A stretch of 64,000 bases of DNA, taken from the NCBI GenBank assembly GCA_958296015.1, contig CATQIH010000032.1:85795-149794 (forward strand), in the 5' to 3' direction. This DNA comes from Cyclobacteriaceae bacterium. GTDB taxonomy: Bacteria; Bacteroidota; Bacteroidia; Cytophagales; Cyclobacteriaceae. Under the pieces are notes generated by a model. The model did not search any database. It was not told the DNA's origin and saw only the letters and a program-made list of their open reading frames with translations. The position numbers and the translations under genes were made by a program. This document shows, piece by piece, positions 17,992-28,227 of the stretch. How positions within the stretch are numbered: position 1 is the first letter of the stretch; every line of letters starts with the position of its first letter.

Positions 17992-19995
17992 TTATTTTAA
18001 AATTAGTTTGGCATGTTTTACCACGTTTTCCGGCGTAAAGCCGAACTCCTGCATCAGGTCTTCTGCCGGCGCAGACTCTCCATACCTGTCAAGTCCGATC
18101 ACAGCCCCTTCGTCGGTAATGTATTTATACCAGCCTAAGGTAGCACCTGCTTCTACGGCTACTCTCTTTTTAATTTCAGGCGGGAATACGGTACGTTTAT
18201 AGGATTCATCCTGCTTCTCAAACAACTCCCAGCTTGGCATACTCACTACACGTGTCTGTATACCGTCTGCTTTCAGCATATCTTGTGCTGCCAGAATTAC
18301 TTCTACTTCCGAGCCACTAGCCATCAAGATCACTTCAGGTTTGCCCTCCGAATCGCGCAGCACGTACGCACCTTTTTCCAGGTTCTCCGGACTTTGGTAT
18401 GCGTCACCATCCAGCACAAGCAGATTCTGACGGCTCAACACTAGCACCACAGGCCCATCTTTGTATTCCATAATGACTCTCCACGCCTGCACGGTTTCGT
18501 TGGCATCAGCCGGACGAATGGTTGTTACATTTGGCATGGCACGCAGCGACATTAGTTGTTCTACCGACTGGTGCGTGGTGCCATCCTCACCCAGGCCAAT
18601 GCTATCGTGCGTGTAGATGAAGATAGAGCGCAGCTTCATGATGGCAGCCAGACGAATGGTCGGGCGCATATAGTCTGAGAAGATCAGAAAAGTGGAGCCA
18701 TAGCCGATCATGCCTTCTGTGACGCAGATACCATTGACGATAGCACCCATTGAATGTTCGCGCACTCCGTAGTGCAGGTTGCGGCCATTGTAGTGCTCAG
18801 GTTCAAAGCTATCGGCACCTTTGATTTCAGTATTGGTAGATGGTGCCAGGTCAGCGGCACCTCCGATCATGGTAGGGAAGAAAGGAGCAATGGCATTGAT
18901 GGCCGCCCCTGAAGCCTTGCGGGTCGCCATGCTTTTGTCTTTGCTGGTGAAGACCGGCAAATCTTTTTTCCAGCCGTCCGGCATATTATTATGACGGAAA
19001 AGCTCATATTCGGCGGCTTCGCTGGCAAATTTTTCCTGGTATGATTTGTATAATTTGTCCCAGACTGACTGCTTCTCTTTACCTTCTGGAATCTGTTTTC
19101 CATAAAATTCCTTTACCTCGTCCGGTACGAAGAACTTTTTGTCGGGGTCGAAGCCCAAAAACTCTTTGGTAGCTCTTACCTCGTCCTCGCCCAGCGGAGA
19201 GCCATGTGCCCCGGCGGTATTTACTTTATGCGGGCTGCCATAGGCAATCTTGGTTCTGACCTTGATAATAGATGGCCGCTCTGTTTCTTCTTTGGCGTTT
19301 TTTATGGCTTTATCGATGGCTTCTACATCATTGCCATCTTCTACCGTCTGCACATGCCATCCCTGCGCTTCAAACCTGCCGTTGACCTCTTCTGTAAAAG
19401 TGATTTCCGTGCTGCCTTCAATAGAAATGTTGTTGTCGTCGTACAGGTAAATCATATTACCCAATTTGAGATGCCCTGCAATAGAGGCTGCTTCCGAAGA
19501 GATACCTTCCATCAGGTCGCCATCACTACAGATTACGTATACCTTATAATCGAATAGGTTGTGATCAGGACGGTTGTAGTGAGCGGCCAGGTATTTTTGA
19601 GCCATAGCAACACCTACTCCATTGGCAAAGCCCTGCCCCAGTGGTCCGGTAGTGATCTCAATACCGGGTGTCAGTCCGTATTCCGGGTGACCAGGCGTGA
19701 TGCTGTGAAGCTGTCGGAAATGTTTGATGTCATCCATCGTGACGGCATAGCCCGTCAGGTGCAACAGGCTGTACTGTAGCATACAGCCATGTCCGGCCGA
19801 TAGGATAAAACGGTCGCGATTGGCCCAGGTAGGGTCTTTGGGGTTGTAGTTCAGGTGCCTTGTCCAAAGCACATGCGCCATAGGGGCAGCTCCCATAGGC
19901 ATACCGGGGTGGCCGGAATTAGCTTTCTGTACGGCATCCGCAGCGAGCGTTCTTATCGTATTAATACATAGCAGGTCTATATCTTGATTAGCCAT
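17992..19995 (-). CDS. tkt: transketolase
   Basis: SGHPG, RDRFILSAGH, GDLMEG, THDSIGLGEDG.THQ; start set to ATG 19995. Confidence 0.97.
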   Translation of the reverse strand: MANQDIDLLCINTIRTLAADAVQKANSGHPGMPMGAAPMAHVLWTRHLNYNPKDPTWANRDRFILSAGHGCMLQYSLLHLTGYAVTMDDIKHFRQLHSITPGHPEYGLTPGIEITTGPLGQGFANGVGVAMAQKYLAAHYNRPDHNLFDYKVYVICSDGDLMEGISSEAASIAGHLKLGNMIYLYDDNNISIEGSTEITFTEEVNGRFEAQGWHVQTVEDGNDVEAIDKAIKNAKEETERPSIIKVRTKIAYGSPHKVNTAGAHGSPLGEDEVRATKEFLGFDPDKKFFVPDEVKEFYGKQIPEGKEKQSVWDKLYKSYQEKFASEAAEYELFRHNNMPDGWKKDLPVFTSKDKSMATRKASGAAINAIAPFFPTMIGGAADLAPSTNTEIKGADSFEPEHYNGRNLHYGVREHSMGAIVNGICVTEGMIGYGSTFLIFSDYMRPTIRLAAIMKLRSIFIYTHDSIGLGEDGTTHQSVEQLMSLRAMPNVTTIRPADANETVQAWRVIMEYKDGPVVLVLSRQNLLVLDGDAYQSPENLEKGAYVLRDSEGKPEVILMASGSEVEVILAAQDMLKADGIQTRVVSMPSWELFEKQDESYKRTVFPPEIKKRVAVEAGATLGWYKYITDEGAVIGLDRYGESAPAEDLMQEFGFTPENVVKHAKLILK

Positions 19996-20451
19996 TTGGT
20001 GTTTTTTTGTGGTGAACAATGAATTATCATGTTAAAACGATTGCGTAGCAGACATGTAATTGCCACGATATTGGGCAATATTAAATAAAACATCTGAAAA
20101 CTGGGAATGTTAATGCAAATGGTAATTATTTTTAATAGAAGGTTGCCTGCCGTGTTAAGCAATGAAAAAACCGTAAGTTATACGCAATGAGGGCAGTTTT
20201 CGGTGATGTTCAGCGCAGAAATAGCACGGGCCAGATACGCAACCTTGACAAATAGTGGCAAAATAAAGTCAACCTGTTTTGTATTTTTCTTATTTATCTT
20301 CTTAATTGATGTGCTAAGTAATAGGGAATAAAAAACAAGTTAATACAAAAAAGTACAAGGTCTAACTAAATAAAATCATATTACTTACCATTCAAATAAG
20401 TTTATTTTATTACTTTTACAAAAAATAAGCTAAAAACACTTTTTTATATAA

Positions 20452-21132
20452 TTGAAACTTTTTATGATACGGCATACCTATCTTAGGTACATTCTGGTAG
20501 TCACCTTGCTATTGACGGCTTTCAATTTTTTGTATGCTCAGCCTACGCCAAAAGTCGTATACACTGCCAAAGAACCGCAACAGGATAACAGGCAGCCTGA
20601 ACCAAACGATAACGCATATATCACTTTTACCGAAGAGCAGCGCCAGTACTTTACAGACAAGGCCATGCAGAAGTCGCATGATCTGGGAAGGTACCTCAGG
20701 CTCATATCCAGTAAGCATGAGATTGAAGAAGATAAACTGTATGCTATCCGGGAAGCCCTACAGCTTTTTGTCAGCGATTCTTCCAGAGTAGAAGTGTCTT
20801 CTGTCAATAACGACCTCAAACAGCAGTTTACCATACGCGAATATCTGGAAAGGCTGCGGCTGCTTTCTTACGATAAAGTAGAGCTTGTCTGGATCAAAGC
20901 GCAAATGGTGAGCCGCTTCCGCAAAGGAGAAGATGGCCGGTATTATGGCATCATCACGGCACAACAGTTGTTTCGTGGTTTTCTGGAAGACGAGGTGGCT
21001 TATCAGGATGTAACCGAGAAGAATATAGAAGTAGTGCTCGACCGTTATTTAGTATTCGATGAGGGCAAAAAGAAACATCGTTGGGATGTGTTTTTGTCTG
21101 ATATCAGTGTGCAGCAAACCCGCATCAAATAG
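20452..21132 (+). CDS. hypothetical secreted protein (possible NTF2/SnoaL-like fold)
   Basis: Signal-peptide-like N-terminus; first gene of a tightly packed operon. Confidence 0.75.
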   Translation: MKLFMIRHTYLRYILVVTLLLTAFNFLYAQPTPKVVYTAKEPQQDNRQPEPNDNAYITFTEEQRQYFTDKAMQKSHDLGRYLRLISSKHEIEEDKLYAIREALQLFVSDSSRVEVSSVNNDLKQQFTIREYLERLRLLSYDKVELVWIKAQMVSRFRKGEDGRYYGIITAQQLFRGFLEDEVAYQDVTEKNIEVVLDRYLVFDEGKKKHRWDVFLSDISVQQTRIK

Positions 21133-21135
21133 TGT

Positions 21136-21990
21136 ATGAAAGCTACCTTAACCATACTCTGCATCGCTGTCTCGGGCATGGTCTGCGTCAGGGCACAGGT
21201 AGTGACGCTGCCTTACGAAGAGCAATTTGAGTGGCAGGTTAAGCAGATCGATGAATTTATAGATCGGTTCAACAATGCGGAGCAAACACCGATCCGGCAG
21301 TTTCTGCAAAAGCAGTATGCCATAGAAGAAATCAATCGGAGTGATCTGCTGATGACTTTGTTTAACCTGCAAAAGAACTGGGATACTACCCAGGTAAGGC
21401 AGTTTCTGCACGATGTGATCAAAGTACCCGAAGCACCGCAACTACACTTCCTGGACAACGACTGGTATGCAGAGCTAACCTGTAGCGGCCTGTATGATAA
21501 CAGATACCAGGACTTTACGCTGATTCTTACCATCAAGGCCAATGCCGAAACCGGGGCTTCCCGCTGGGTAATCAACAGTGTTTCGGCAGATTTTATACCG
21601 AATACCGACACTACTGCTGCTTTTCCACTGAACAAAATCCCGGCTACACAAGGCACCCGCACGCTGAATCCGGCAAGTTTCGGCACTGATTTTATGGGGC
21701 TGGTCAGGGCTATGCAGGACAGGGCCAGCTTCGGAAATTATATTAACTTAGAGGTAGCAGACAAATCGGTACTTGGTTTCTTCAACCTGCTGTATAAAAA
21801 CCAGCTGGAGTTTCGCCAGGTCAGCCACATCACTTACCATTTTTTACAAATACCCGGCTGGGTGTTCCGGGTAGAAAATTTCTCCCGACAATCCAGCAAC
21901 TCGGGCTGGCTTATCAACGAACTGATACAAGTGCCTGAAGACAAAAAGCCCAGTTATAAAAAAGCCAACCTGTTTCTGACGCAACACTGA
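21136..21990 (+). CDS. hypothetical secreted protein
   Basis: Signal peptide MKATLTILCIAVSG; 3 nt gap from the previous gene. Confidence 0.75.
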   Translation: MKATLTILCIAVSGMVCVRAQVVTLPYEEQFEWQVKQIDEFIDRFNNAEQTPIRQFLQKQYAIEEINRSDLLMTLFNLQKNWDTTQVRQFLHDVIKVPEAPQLHFLDNDWYAELTCSGLYDNRYQDFTLILTIKANAETGASRWVINSVSADFIPNTDTTAAFPLNKIPATQGTRTLNPASFGTDFMGLVRAMQDRASFGNYINLEVADKSVLGFFNLLYKNQLEFRQVSHITYHFLQIPGWVFRVENFSRQSSNSGWLINELIQVPEDKKPSYKKANLFLTQH

Positions 21991-21993
21991 CCT

Positions 21994-23109
21994 ATGAAAT
22001 ACGCTTACTACCTTACAAAAGATTTTTGCATACGGATGCTAGGCACAAAGATGCTTGGCATGGCTGTGTGTTGCCTGCTGCTGTGTGCCAGCCAGGCCAG
22101 AGCGCAGCCGGACAGCCTGACGGATGAGGACGTTATCACGATCAAAAAAATAGCCGAACAACACCTTTCCGAATACCAGAATGTGATGAACCGTCTTATT
22201 CAGCCAGACCTGCTCAATATGGTACGGGTTGCCATTGTCAAAGATGGAATGGCCCTGTTTGCTGAAAATGCCCGCCTTGAAGTGGATTATGACACCGCTT
22301 ATTTTCTACCAAACCTCACCTATGAAGTACCGGTACAAAAATATCTGGGAGATTTTGCGGCCTACCACAAAAAGATGAACCGGGTGGTGTACACAGACCG
22401 CAAAATATCTGCGATTAAAAAGAAATATCCTGAAAACTTTTATTATCTAACCATCAGCTTCACCAGCGTATATGATTACTTACCACCCCAAACAAGGATA
22501 GCTACCCTGAGAGCCGTGCAAAAAGAAAACCAGTGGCAGGTATATATTACGTATGTAAAGTTCAGGGCATCTCCCGGCTCACCGCTTGCGTTTATCGATA
22601 CTGATGAGGAAGATGATCACGCGATCACGAAAGCACTGCCGGAAAGTGCTGTAAATATGATACAGCAAAAAAATGCCTCAAAAACCCAGTTGTTGCTCAA
22701 TAACCTGGCTTCGGGCGGCAAAAGAGGCAAAAGATACCTGATTGGGTGGCGCCTGCCCCAGGACGATGCAGTTTCTGTGCAATTGCTTAGCCGGGGTGAG
22801 ACTATCAAAACCATCACTACCGGGCAGGAAGCCAACCTGCTGCAATGGACTATTGATGAAAATACCAGGCCCGGCAGCTATCAGCTCAAGGTGATAGATG
22901 AAAAGAATATGGCCTCTGTTACCAGTCCTGCCTTCCGGATCAGTCGCCGTTTTCCGATGGCACTACGCATTGGGCTGGGCATGGCAGCTGGTTTTTATGT
23001 GATACAGTCTATCAGAAATGACTGGGATTTCGGCTGGCCTTTCAACGGCAGAGAGGCTCCGCCGGAAAAGCTACCCGAATTGCCCGGTCCGCCTGGTTTG
23101 CCAGAATAA
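21994..23109 (+). CDS. hypothetical protein: signal peptide, NTF2-like domain, Ig-like domain, C-terminal membrane segment
   Basis: LFAENARLEV...VQKYL resembles gene 20452; PGSYQLKVID Ig-like strand; hydrophobic LRIGLGMAAGFYVI. Confidence 0.7.
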   Translation: MKYAYYLTKDFCIRMLGTKMLGMAVCCLLLCASQARAQPDSLTDEDVITIKKIAEQHLSEYQNVMNRLIQPDLLNMVRVAIVKDGMALFAENARLEVDYDTAYFLPNLTYEVPVQKYLGDFAAYHKKMNRVVYTDRKISAIKKKYPENFYYLTISFTSVYDYLPPQTRIATLRAVQKENQWQVYITYVKFRASPGSPLAFIDTDEEDDHAITKALPESAVNMIQQKNASKTQLLLNNLASGGKRGKRYLIGWRLPQDDAVSVQLLSRGETIKTITTGQEANLLQWTIDENTRPGSYQLKVIDEKNMASVTSPAFRISRRFPMALRIGLGMAAGFYVIQSIRNDWDFGWPFNGREAPPEKLPELPGPPGLPE

Positions 23110-23151
23110 ACGATTGCGTGTTAAGGTGACTATTTTTATGAATCAAAACAT

Positions 23152-26100
23152 ATGTTCCGACTTTTTATCAATACTGTTCTGTCTGTGCTGCTATACGGTT
23201 TGTTTGCCGCAGGATGCTTTATGCCCTGTCCGGCCATTGCACAAAGCAGCGTAAATACCGTGCCTTTTGAAAAAGATACTTTAGTGCGGGGCGGCACCTA
23301 TTCAGATATTGCGGATATCGATCGGGATGGGAAGCTGGATGTAGCGGTTGCCAACGAATTTGGCGAAAATATTTTGTGGTATAGAAACGAAGGCAATGGT
23401 ACGTTCAGCGAACGCAAGCTGGAAGAGATGGTAGAGAATGCGCGTATCCTAAAAGTAGCCGACATGAATGGCGACGGTATACCGGATATTGTGGTTGGCC
23501 GGTACAAGCTGGTGTGTTATTATGGCGACAAAGATCTCAAATTTACAGAATACAGTGTCATCTCTGAGTTTGAAAACAATGTATATGATCTGCACCTTGA
23601 GGACATGGACCAGGATGGCGACCAGGATATTCTGGTAGGTACCGTTGTGCCCAACCAAATACGATGGTACAGAAACGATGGCAACAAAAAGTTTAGAATA
23701 CAAAAGATCAAAGTAAAGAGTAAAGAGGGGATTATCTCTCATGCCACACCGGATATCAATGGGGATGGTTTGCCCGATATTGTATGCGCCTACCGGCAAA
23801 GAAATGCGGCAGTTAGTGCTAATATGGCCAAGAGCAATACCCGATCTGTCATTTATCTTATCAACCGAGGCAAAGGAAAATTTGCTACTCCCCGGCTCCT
23901 CACCGATCAGCTTGAACACCCGGAATCGGTGGCAGCCGCCGACCTGGATGGCGACGATGCGCCTGATGTTTTAGCAGCTTCCACAGACGATAACCGCGTA
24001 TCTTGGTACAAAAACATAGCAAAAGAGAATAAAGACACTGCTTTTGGTAAGATAAATATCATATCCGACAAGCTGGAAGGCGTGAAAGATGCCATCGCTG
24101 CTGACATTGATGGCGATGGCGACCTGGATGTAGTTGCCGGTTCGTTCAGGGGTGAAGCCCGGATTGTCTGGTACGAAAACGATGGCAAAGGAAACTTTGT
24201 CAGCCAGGGTAACCTGATTGATAAAATGTTTTCGCGCTGGCTGAATGCAGCAGATATAGACAATGATGGAGATGTTGACCTGCTGTCTGTAGATGCTTAC
24301 CTGCCCAGAGATATCTCCTACTATAATAACAAAAGCCCTGTACGTCCCCCCGCCCCCGCCATCACTGGTTTTTCACCGCAAAATACCCGAATAGATAGTG
24401 TGGTGACGATTAATGGCCAGAATCTACACGATATCAATGGCCTGATAGATCGCATAACAGCCACTATAGGAGGCACTAAGGCAGCCATCGTATCCGTTGA
24501 TGAGGCAGGTACGCAGTTGAAACTAACTGTTCCTAACCTGTTTCCCGGAAGTTACTCGGTACAGGTAAAGGCAAATCAGCAAACAACCGAGGCTGCCCAA
24601 AAACTAACCATCAATCCTTATCTGTCAGTTTTGCTTCCCAAACAAGCGGAGGCTGGCAAAGAAATCTTACTGGCAGGCAGCAACTTCCGGTCAGAGACCA
24701 ACAATATTCAGGTGCAACTCAATGACCTCGTATTAGGGGAAGGTCTCTTGCTGAATGTGGCAGGCACAGAAATACGCATCATCGTTCCGCCCAGTATAGA
24801 AAAAGGTAATTATGAGGCCAGGGTGGTGGTAAACGGTCAGGTCTCTAACAGCCTGCCCCTAACCATTGTCCGTCCTTCGGATGCTGTGCAACCTGATAGC
24901 ACCCCCCCGGTCTTTGCTGGCAACAATTTGGAGCAGCTTGTTTTTGGGGATTCCATGTTTGCCCTTTCTGCCAGTATCACAGAAGATTCTTCCGGCATCA
25001 GTCAGGTCATCATCCGGTCGGGAGGAATTACGGGTAACCTTGGCAATATCCAGGTGCTCGATGCAGATACCACCCCCTTCAATTTCACAGTAGAGGTGCC
25101 TGCCACCATCAACGATCCGCTGGGCATCAAATACCAACTGGTGGCCATCAACAGCATCGGCCTGACAGACACTATCAGCTATTACGCCTATCGTAACTAT
25201 CTGATAAAAGATGATGCGCTCTATGTGGCTGATGCAGAGAAGCCCGCCCTAAACGACTACCGTATCGTAGCCATCCCTTTTGAAGGCAAAGCCGTGCGTG
25301 AAACCTGGCTGGGCGACACCGTCGATACGTACGATAAGAGGTTTTGGCGGCTGTTTCGGTACGGAGAAGCCACCTATCAGGAGTATGGGCAGGCTAGCTT
25401 TGCAGATTTTGAGCCTGGCCGTGGCTATATGCTTGTCAGAAAAGATTTCTCGTTCGATATGCAGGGACAGGCAGCCCACCTAACCAGCGAGCCGGAAGCC
25501 TATATAGACATTCCACTACAGGCGGGCTGGAACCTGATCGGCAACCCCTACCCTTTTGACATCAACTGGGCCACGGTGGTAGCTGCCAATCCTGATGCAA
25601 CCATCCCTCAGCCTCCAAAGACTTTCAAGAGCGGCAGTTACGCGAATGCTACCGCTCTGGAAAGTTTTGAAGGAGCCTTTTTGAGAAATGATGGCGCAGC
25701 AGGCATACTTCGCATACCGATGGCTGCCCGTACCAGTACGGCAAACAGCCGCCAGCAACATAAGCTTAAAGAGAAAACCCCTGAAGGATGGGAAGTGCCT
25801 ATGGCCTTGTATGGTGGCGGCACCAGTAATATGTTAGCAGGCTTTGGTATGCACCCCGAAGCTCAGGCAGGCAGCGACGCATACGATGACTATGCCGTTC
25901 CTCGCTTTTCCGGTTATTTGGAGGTAGCTTTTACTGACTCAAATAGTGATCATATACCTCATACCAAAGATATGGTTGCCCCGGCAGAAGCGCATGTATG
26001 GGCGTTTTCTGTCCATGCAGAAAAACAGGAAACCATACGTCTGGTATGGAATGATAAAGCACTACAAGATTCTCCGATGGACCTCTGGCTGCTTGACATG

Positions 26101-26514
26101 CAAAGCACCCAGCGCATCAACATGCGAGAACAGTCATCTTACACCTTCACCCCCAACCCGGGCGGCAGCCGTTCTTTTAAAGCCTATTATGCACATCCGG
26201 AAAAGATAGCAGCCCTGATGCTGCCAGATCATGCCACCATTGGATCACCCTATCCTAACCCGGCAGAAGACATGGTTCATTTCCCAATATCCATTCCCGA
26301 AGGAGCCGATGGACAGGTAGCTATCACTATCTATGATCAGTTGGGAAGCACCGTGTATACGCTTAACCAGCAGCAGTTGTCTCCCGGCTTTCACATACTA
26401 CAATGGAACCGTATGCAACAAAACAGGCATATCGTGCCCCCCGGTATGTATTTTTACAAAGCTAGTTTGCTAGGTAGTGCAAAGATTTATACGGGTAAGT
26501 TGCTATTGAGGTAG
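23152..26514 (+). CDS. T9SS-secreted protein with FG-GAP/VCBS repeats and IPT/TIG domains
   Basis: Seven or more DxDGDGxxD repeats, ITGFSPQ TIG start, C-terminal YPNP...GMYFYK...GKLLLR type A sorting domain. Confidence 0.9.
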   Translation: MFRLFINTVLSVLLYGLFAAGCFMPCPAIAQSSVNTVPFEKDTLVRGGTYSDIADIDRDGKLDVAVANEFGENILWYRNEGNGTFSERKLEEMVENARILKVADMNGDGIPDIVVGRYKLVCYYGDKDLKFTEYSVISEFENNVYDLHLEDMDQDGDQDILVGTVVPNQIRWYRNDGNKKFRIQKIKVKSKEGIISHATPDINGDGLPDIVCAYRQRNAAVSANMAKSNTRSVIYLINRGKGKFATPRLLTDQLEHPESVAAADLDGDDAPDVLAASTDDNRVSWYKNIAKENKDTAFGKINIISDKLEGVKDAIAADIDGDGDLDVVAGSFRGEARIVWYENDGKGNFVSQGNLIDKMFSRWLNAADIDNDGDVDLLSVDAYLPRDISYYNNKSPVRPPAPAITGFSPQNTRIDSVVTINGQNLHDINGLIDRITATIGGTKAAIVSVDEAGTQLKLTVPNLFPGSYSVQVKANQQTTEAAQKLTINPYLSVLLPKQAEAGKEILLAGSNFRSETNNIQVQLNDLVLGEGLLLNVAGTEIRIIVPPSIEKGNYEARVVVNGQVSNSLPLTIVRPSDAVQPDSTPPVFAGNNLEQLVFGDSMFALSASITEDSSGISQVIIRSGGITGNLGNIQVLDADTTPFNFTVEVPATINDPLGIKYQLVAINSIGLTDTISYYAYRNYLIKDDALYVADAEKPALNDYRIVAIPFEGKAVRETWLGDTVDTYDKRFWRLFRYGEATYQEYGQASFADFEPGRGYMLVRKDFSFDMQGQAAHLTSEPEAYIDIPLQAGWNLIGNPYPFDINWATVVAANPDATIPQPPKTFKSGSYANATALESFEGAFLRNDGAAGILRIPMAARTSTANSRQQHKLKEKTPEGWEVPMALYGGGTSNMLAGFGMHPEAQAGSDAYDDYAVPRFSGYLEVAFTDSNSDHIPHTKDMVAPAEAHVWAFSVHAEKQETIRLVWNDKALQDSPMDLWLLDMQSTQRINMREQSSYTFTPNPGGSRSFKAYYAHPEKIAALMLPDHATIGSPYPNPAEDMVHFPISIPEGADGQVAITIYDQLGSTVYTLNQQQLSPGFHILQWNRMQQNRHIVPPGMYFYKASLLGSAKIYTGKLLLR

Positions 26515-26929
26515 AGCCTTATCGATATAAGTTTTATCAAAATATGATAGGAACAAATTAAGGGTTCTTAAAATAACACACTTGTTAAAGAGCATGCTGA
26601 TTTTCTCACTTTGCTTGATAACTATCTGTGTGTAAAGCTTATCGTAAACTTCTCTATTATAGCAGGGTACTTAACCATCAGAAAATGTTAGAAAAATCAA
26701 GCTAGATGTAATAAATATGTAAAGAATGATTTTTATTTCTGCATAACTCTAGATGTATTCCATATCAAAAGTCTAAATGTATGCTTAATTGAATTGGCTT
26801 TATAATTATTTAAATATACAAAAAATCACTACACTGCTAGCGCACTAGCAATTGTAATTTATTCTGAGCCAGTACTTAATCAATGACAAGCTTGATGCGT
26901 TGAAGAACCAAACGATAAGCCCACTTTCA

Positions 26930-28138
26930 CTACCCTTGTTTTCTTCTTCTCTGTAGCTCTTTCTTTACCAGACTAAATTCGCGGCTGCTTTGCCCGGCTA
27001 CTGAGGTGTTCTCTTCTGCTCGTCTGAACAGATAAGGCATCACAGCTTCCAGCGGACCATACGGTACATATTTGGCGACATTATAACCTGTAGCTGCCAG
27101 GTTGAACGATATGTTGTCGCTCATGCCATAGAGCTGGGCAAAATATACCCGTGGATCATCTTTGGCTATGCTGTGTTTTTCCATCAACATGGTAAGATAA
27201 TAGTTGCTGTACTCGTTGTGCGAACCAGAAGCCAAAGCTATCCTCTGCTTATTATTGAGGCAAAAGAGCAACGCCTGGTTATAGTCATTGTCAGTTGCCT
27301 CTTTGCTGGCATGTATGGGATCAGGGTAGCCTTTTTCTTCGGCACGCTCACGCTCTTTTTCCATATAAGCACCGCGCACCAGCTTGGCACCCAGAAAGTA
27401 GCGGTGCATGGTGGCCAGCCGGTGTGCCTCTTTCAGGTTGGTCAGCATGTCGTGCCGGTACATTTGGTAGGTATTGTACACCACAGCCCGCTCTTTATTA
27501 AACCTGAGCATCATGTCGTTGGCCAGGTCGTCGATCACCTCCTGTATCCAGCTTTCTTCTCCATCTATAAAAATACCAATGCCTGCCTCGTGTGCCGCTG
27601 CGCAAAGTTTTTCTACCCTGACTTTAACACGCTCGAAGGCTGCTTTTTCGGCCTCCGTCAGGGGTGTGCCAGCCTGCACCTTTTCCAGCAGCTGTGCGCT
27701 GGCGATGCCTGTTACCTTGAATACGGCAAAGGGCACATAGTCTACGCCTTTGGCTTTGGCGATGGCCGCCAGTATTTCTGCTGTTGTATGTTCAAAGCCT
27801 TCCTCTGTCTTGGCACCTTCTACGGAATAATCCAGAATGGTGGCGATATGGTGCTTTGCCAGCATATGGATGGTAGGCTGGCAGCTTTCTATGGTTTCTC
27901 CGCCTACAAATTGTTGAAAAATGGTACGTTTGATCAGTGTACGGACTGGTAATTTCAAATTAAGTGCTAATTTTACCAAATGAGTCCCCACTTTGGTGAG
28001 CCAGGAATAATTGATAGCACCAAAAAGCAGATAGGTCTTTCTAAGTTCGTTATCAGACTTATGAGAAAAAGCGGTAGCGGTATTATCAAACGATAAGCTG
28101 CCCTCACTGACTATATAGGATTCCTGTGGTTGTTCCAT
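26930..28138 (-). CDS. proline dehydrogenase (monofunctional)
   Basis: IDGEE, KLVRGAY, SHN, FAQLYGM, KYVPYGP...YLFRRAEEN. Confidence 0.93.
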   Translation of the reverse strand: MEQPQESYIVSEGSLSFDNTATAFSHKSDNELRKTYLLFGAINYSWLTKVGTHLVKLALNLKLPVRTLIKRTIFQQFVGGETIESCQPTIHMLAKHHIATILDYSVEGAKTEEGFEHTTAEILAAIAKAKGVDYVPFAVFKVTGIASAQLLEKVQAGTPLTEAEKAAFERVKVRVEKLCAAAHEAGIGIFIDGEESWIQEVIDDLANDMMLRFNKERAVVYNTYQMYRHDMLTNLKEAHRLATMHRYFLGAKLVRGAYMEKERERAEEKGYPDPIHASKEATDNDYNQALLFCLNNKQRIALASGSHNEYSNYYLTMLMEKHSIAKDDPRVYFAQLYGMSDNISFNLAATGYNVAKYVPYGPLEAVMPYLFRRAEENTSVAGQSSREFSLVKKELQRRRKQG

Positions 28139-28227
28139 GAACGATTATAAGAGTTGAGGCTGTTATAAAAACCAGGCAATTTACTCAAAAGCCTGAAATG
28201 TTACTACGTAAACGGATATGATTTTGT

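Noticed and set aside
20452-26514. Type VI secretion locus
   Set aside because: No TssB/TssC, Hcp, VgrG, PAAR or ClpV motifs; the last gene is a T9SS substrate.
27173-27952. Long antisense ORFs (also 28279-28914, 45750-46574, 53200-53874, 14018-14569)
   Set aside because: They are shadows of well-conserved genes on the other strand with no protein motifs.
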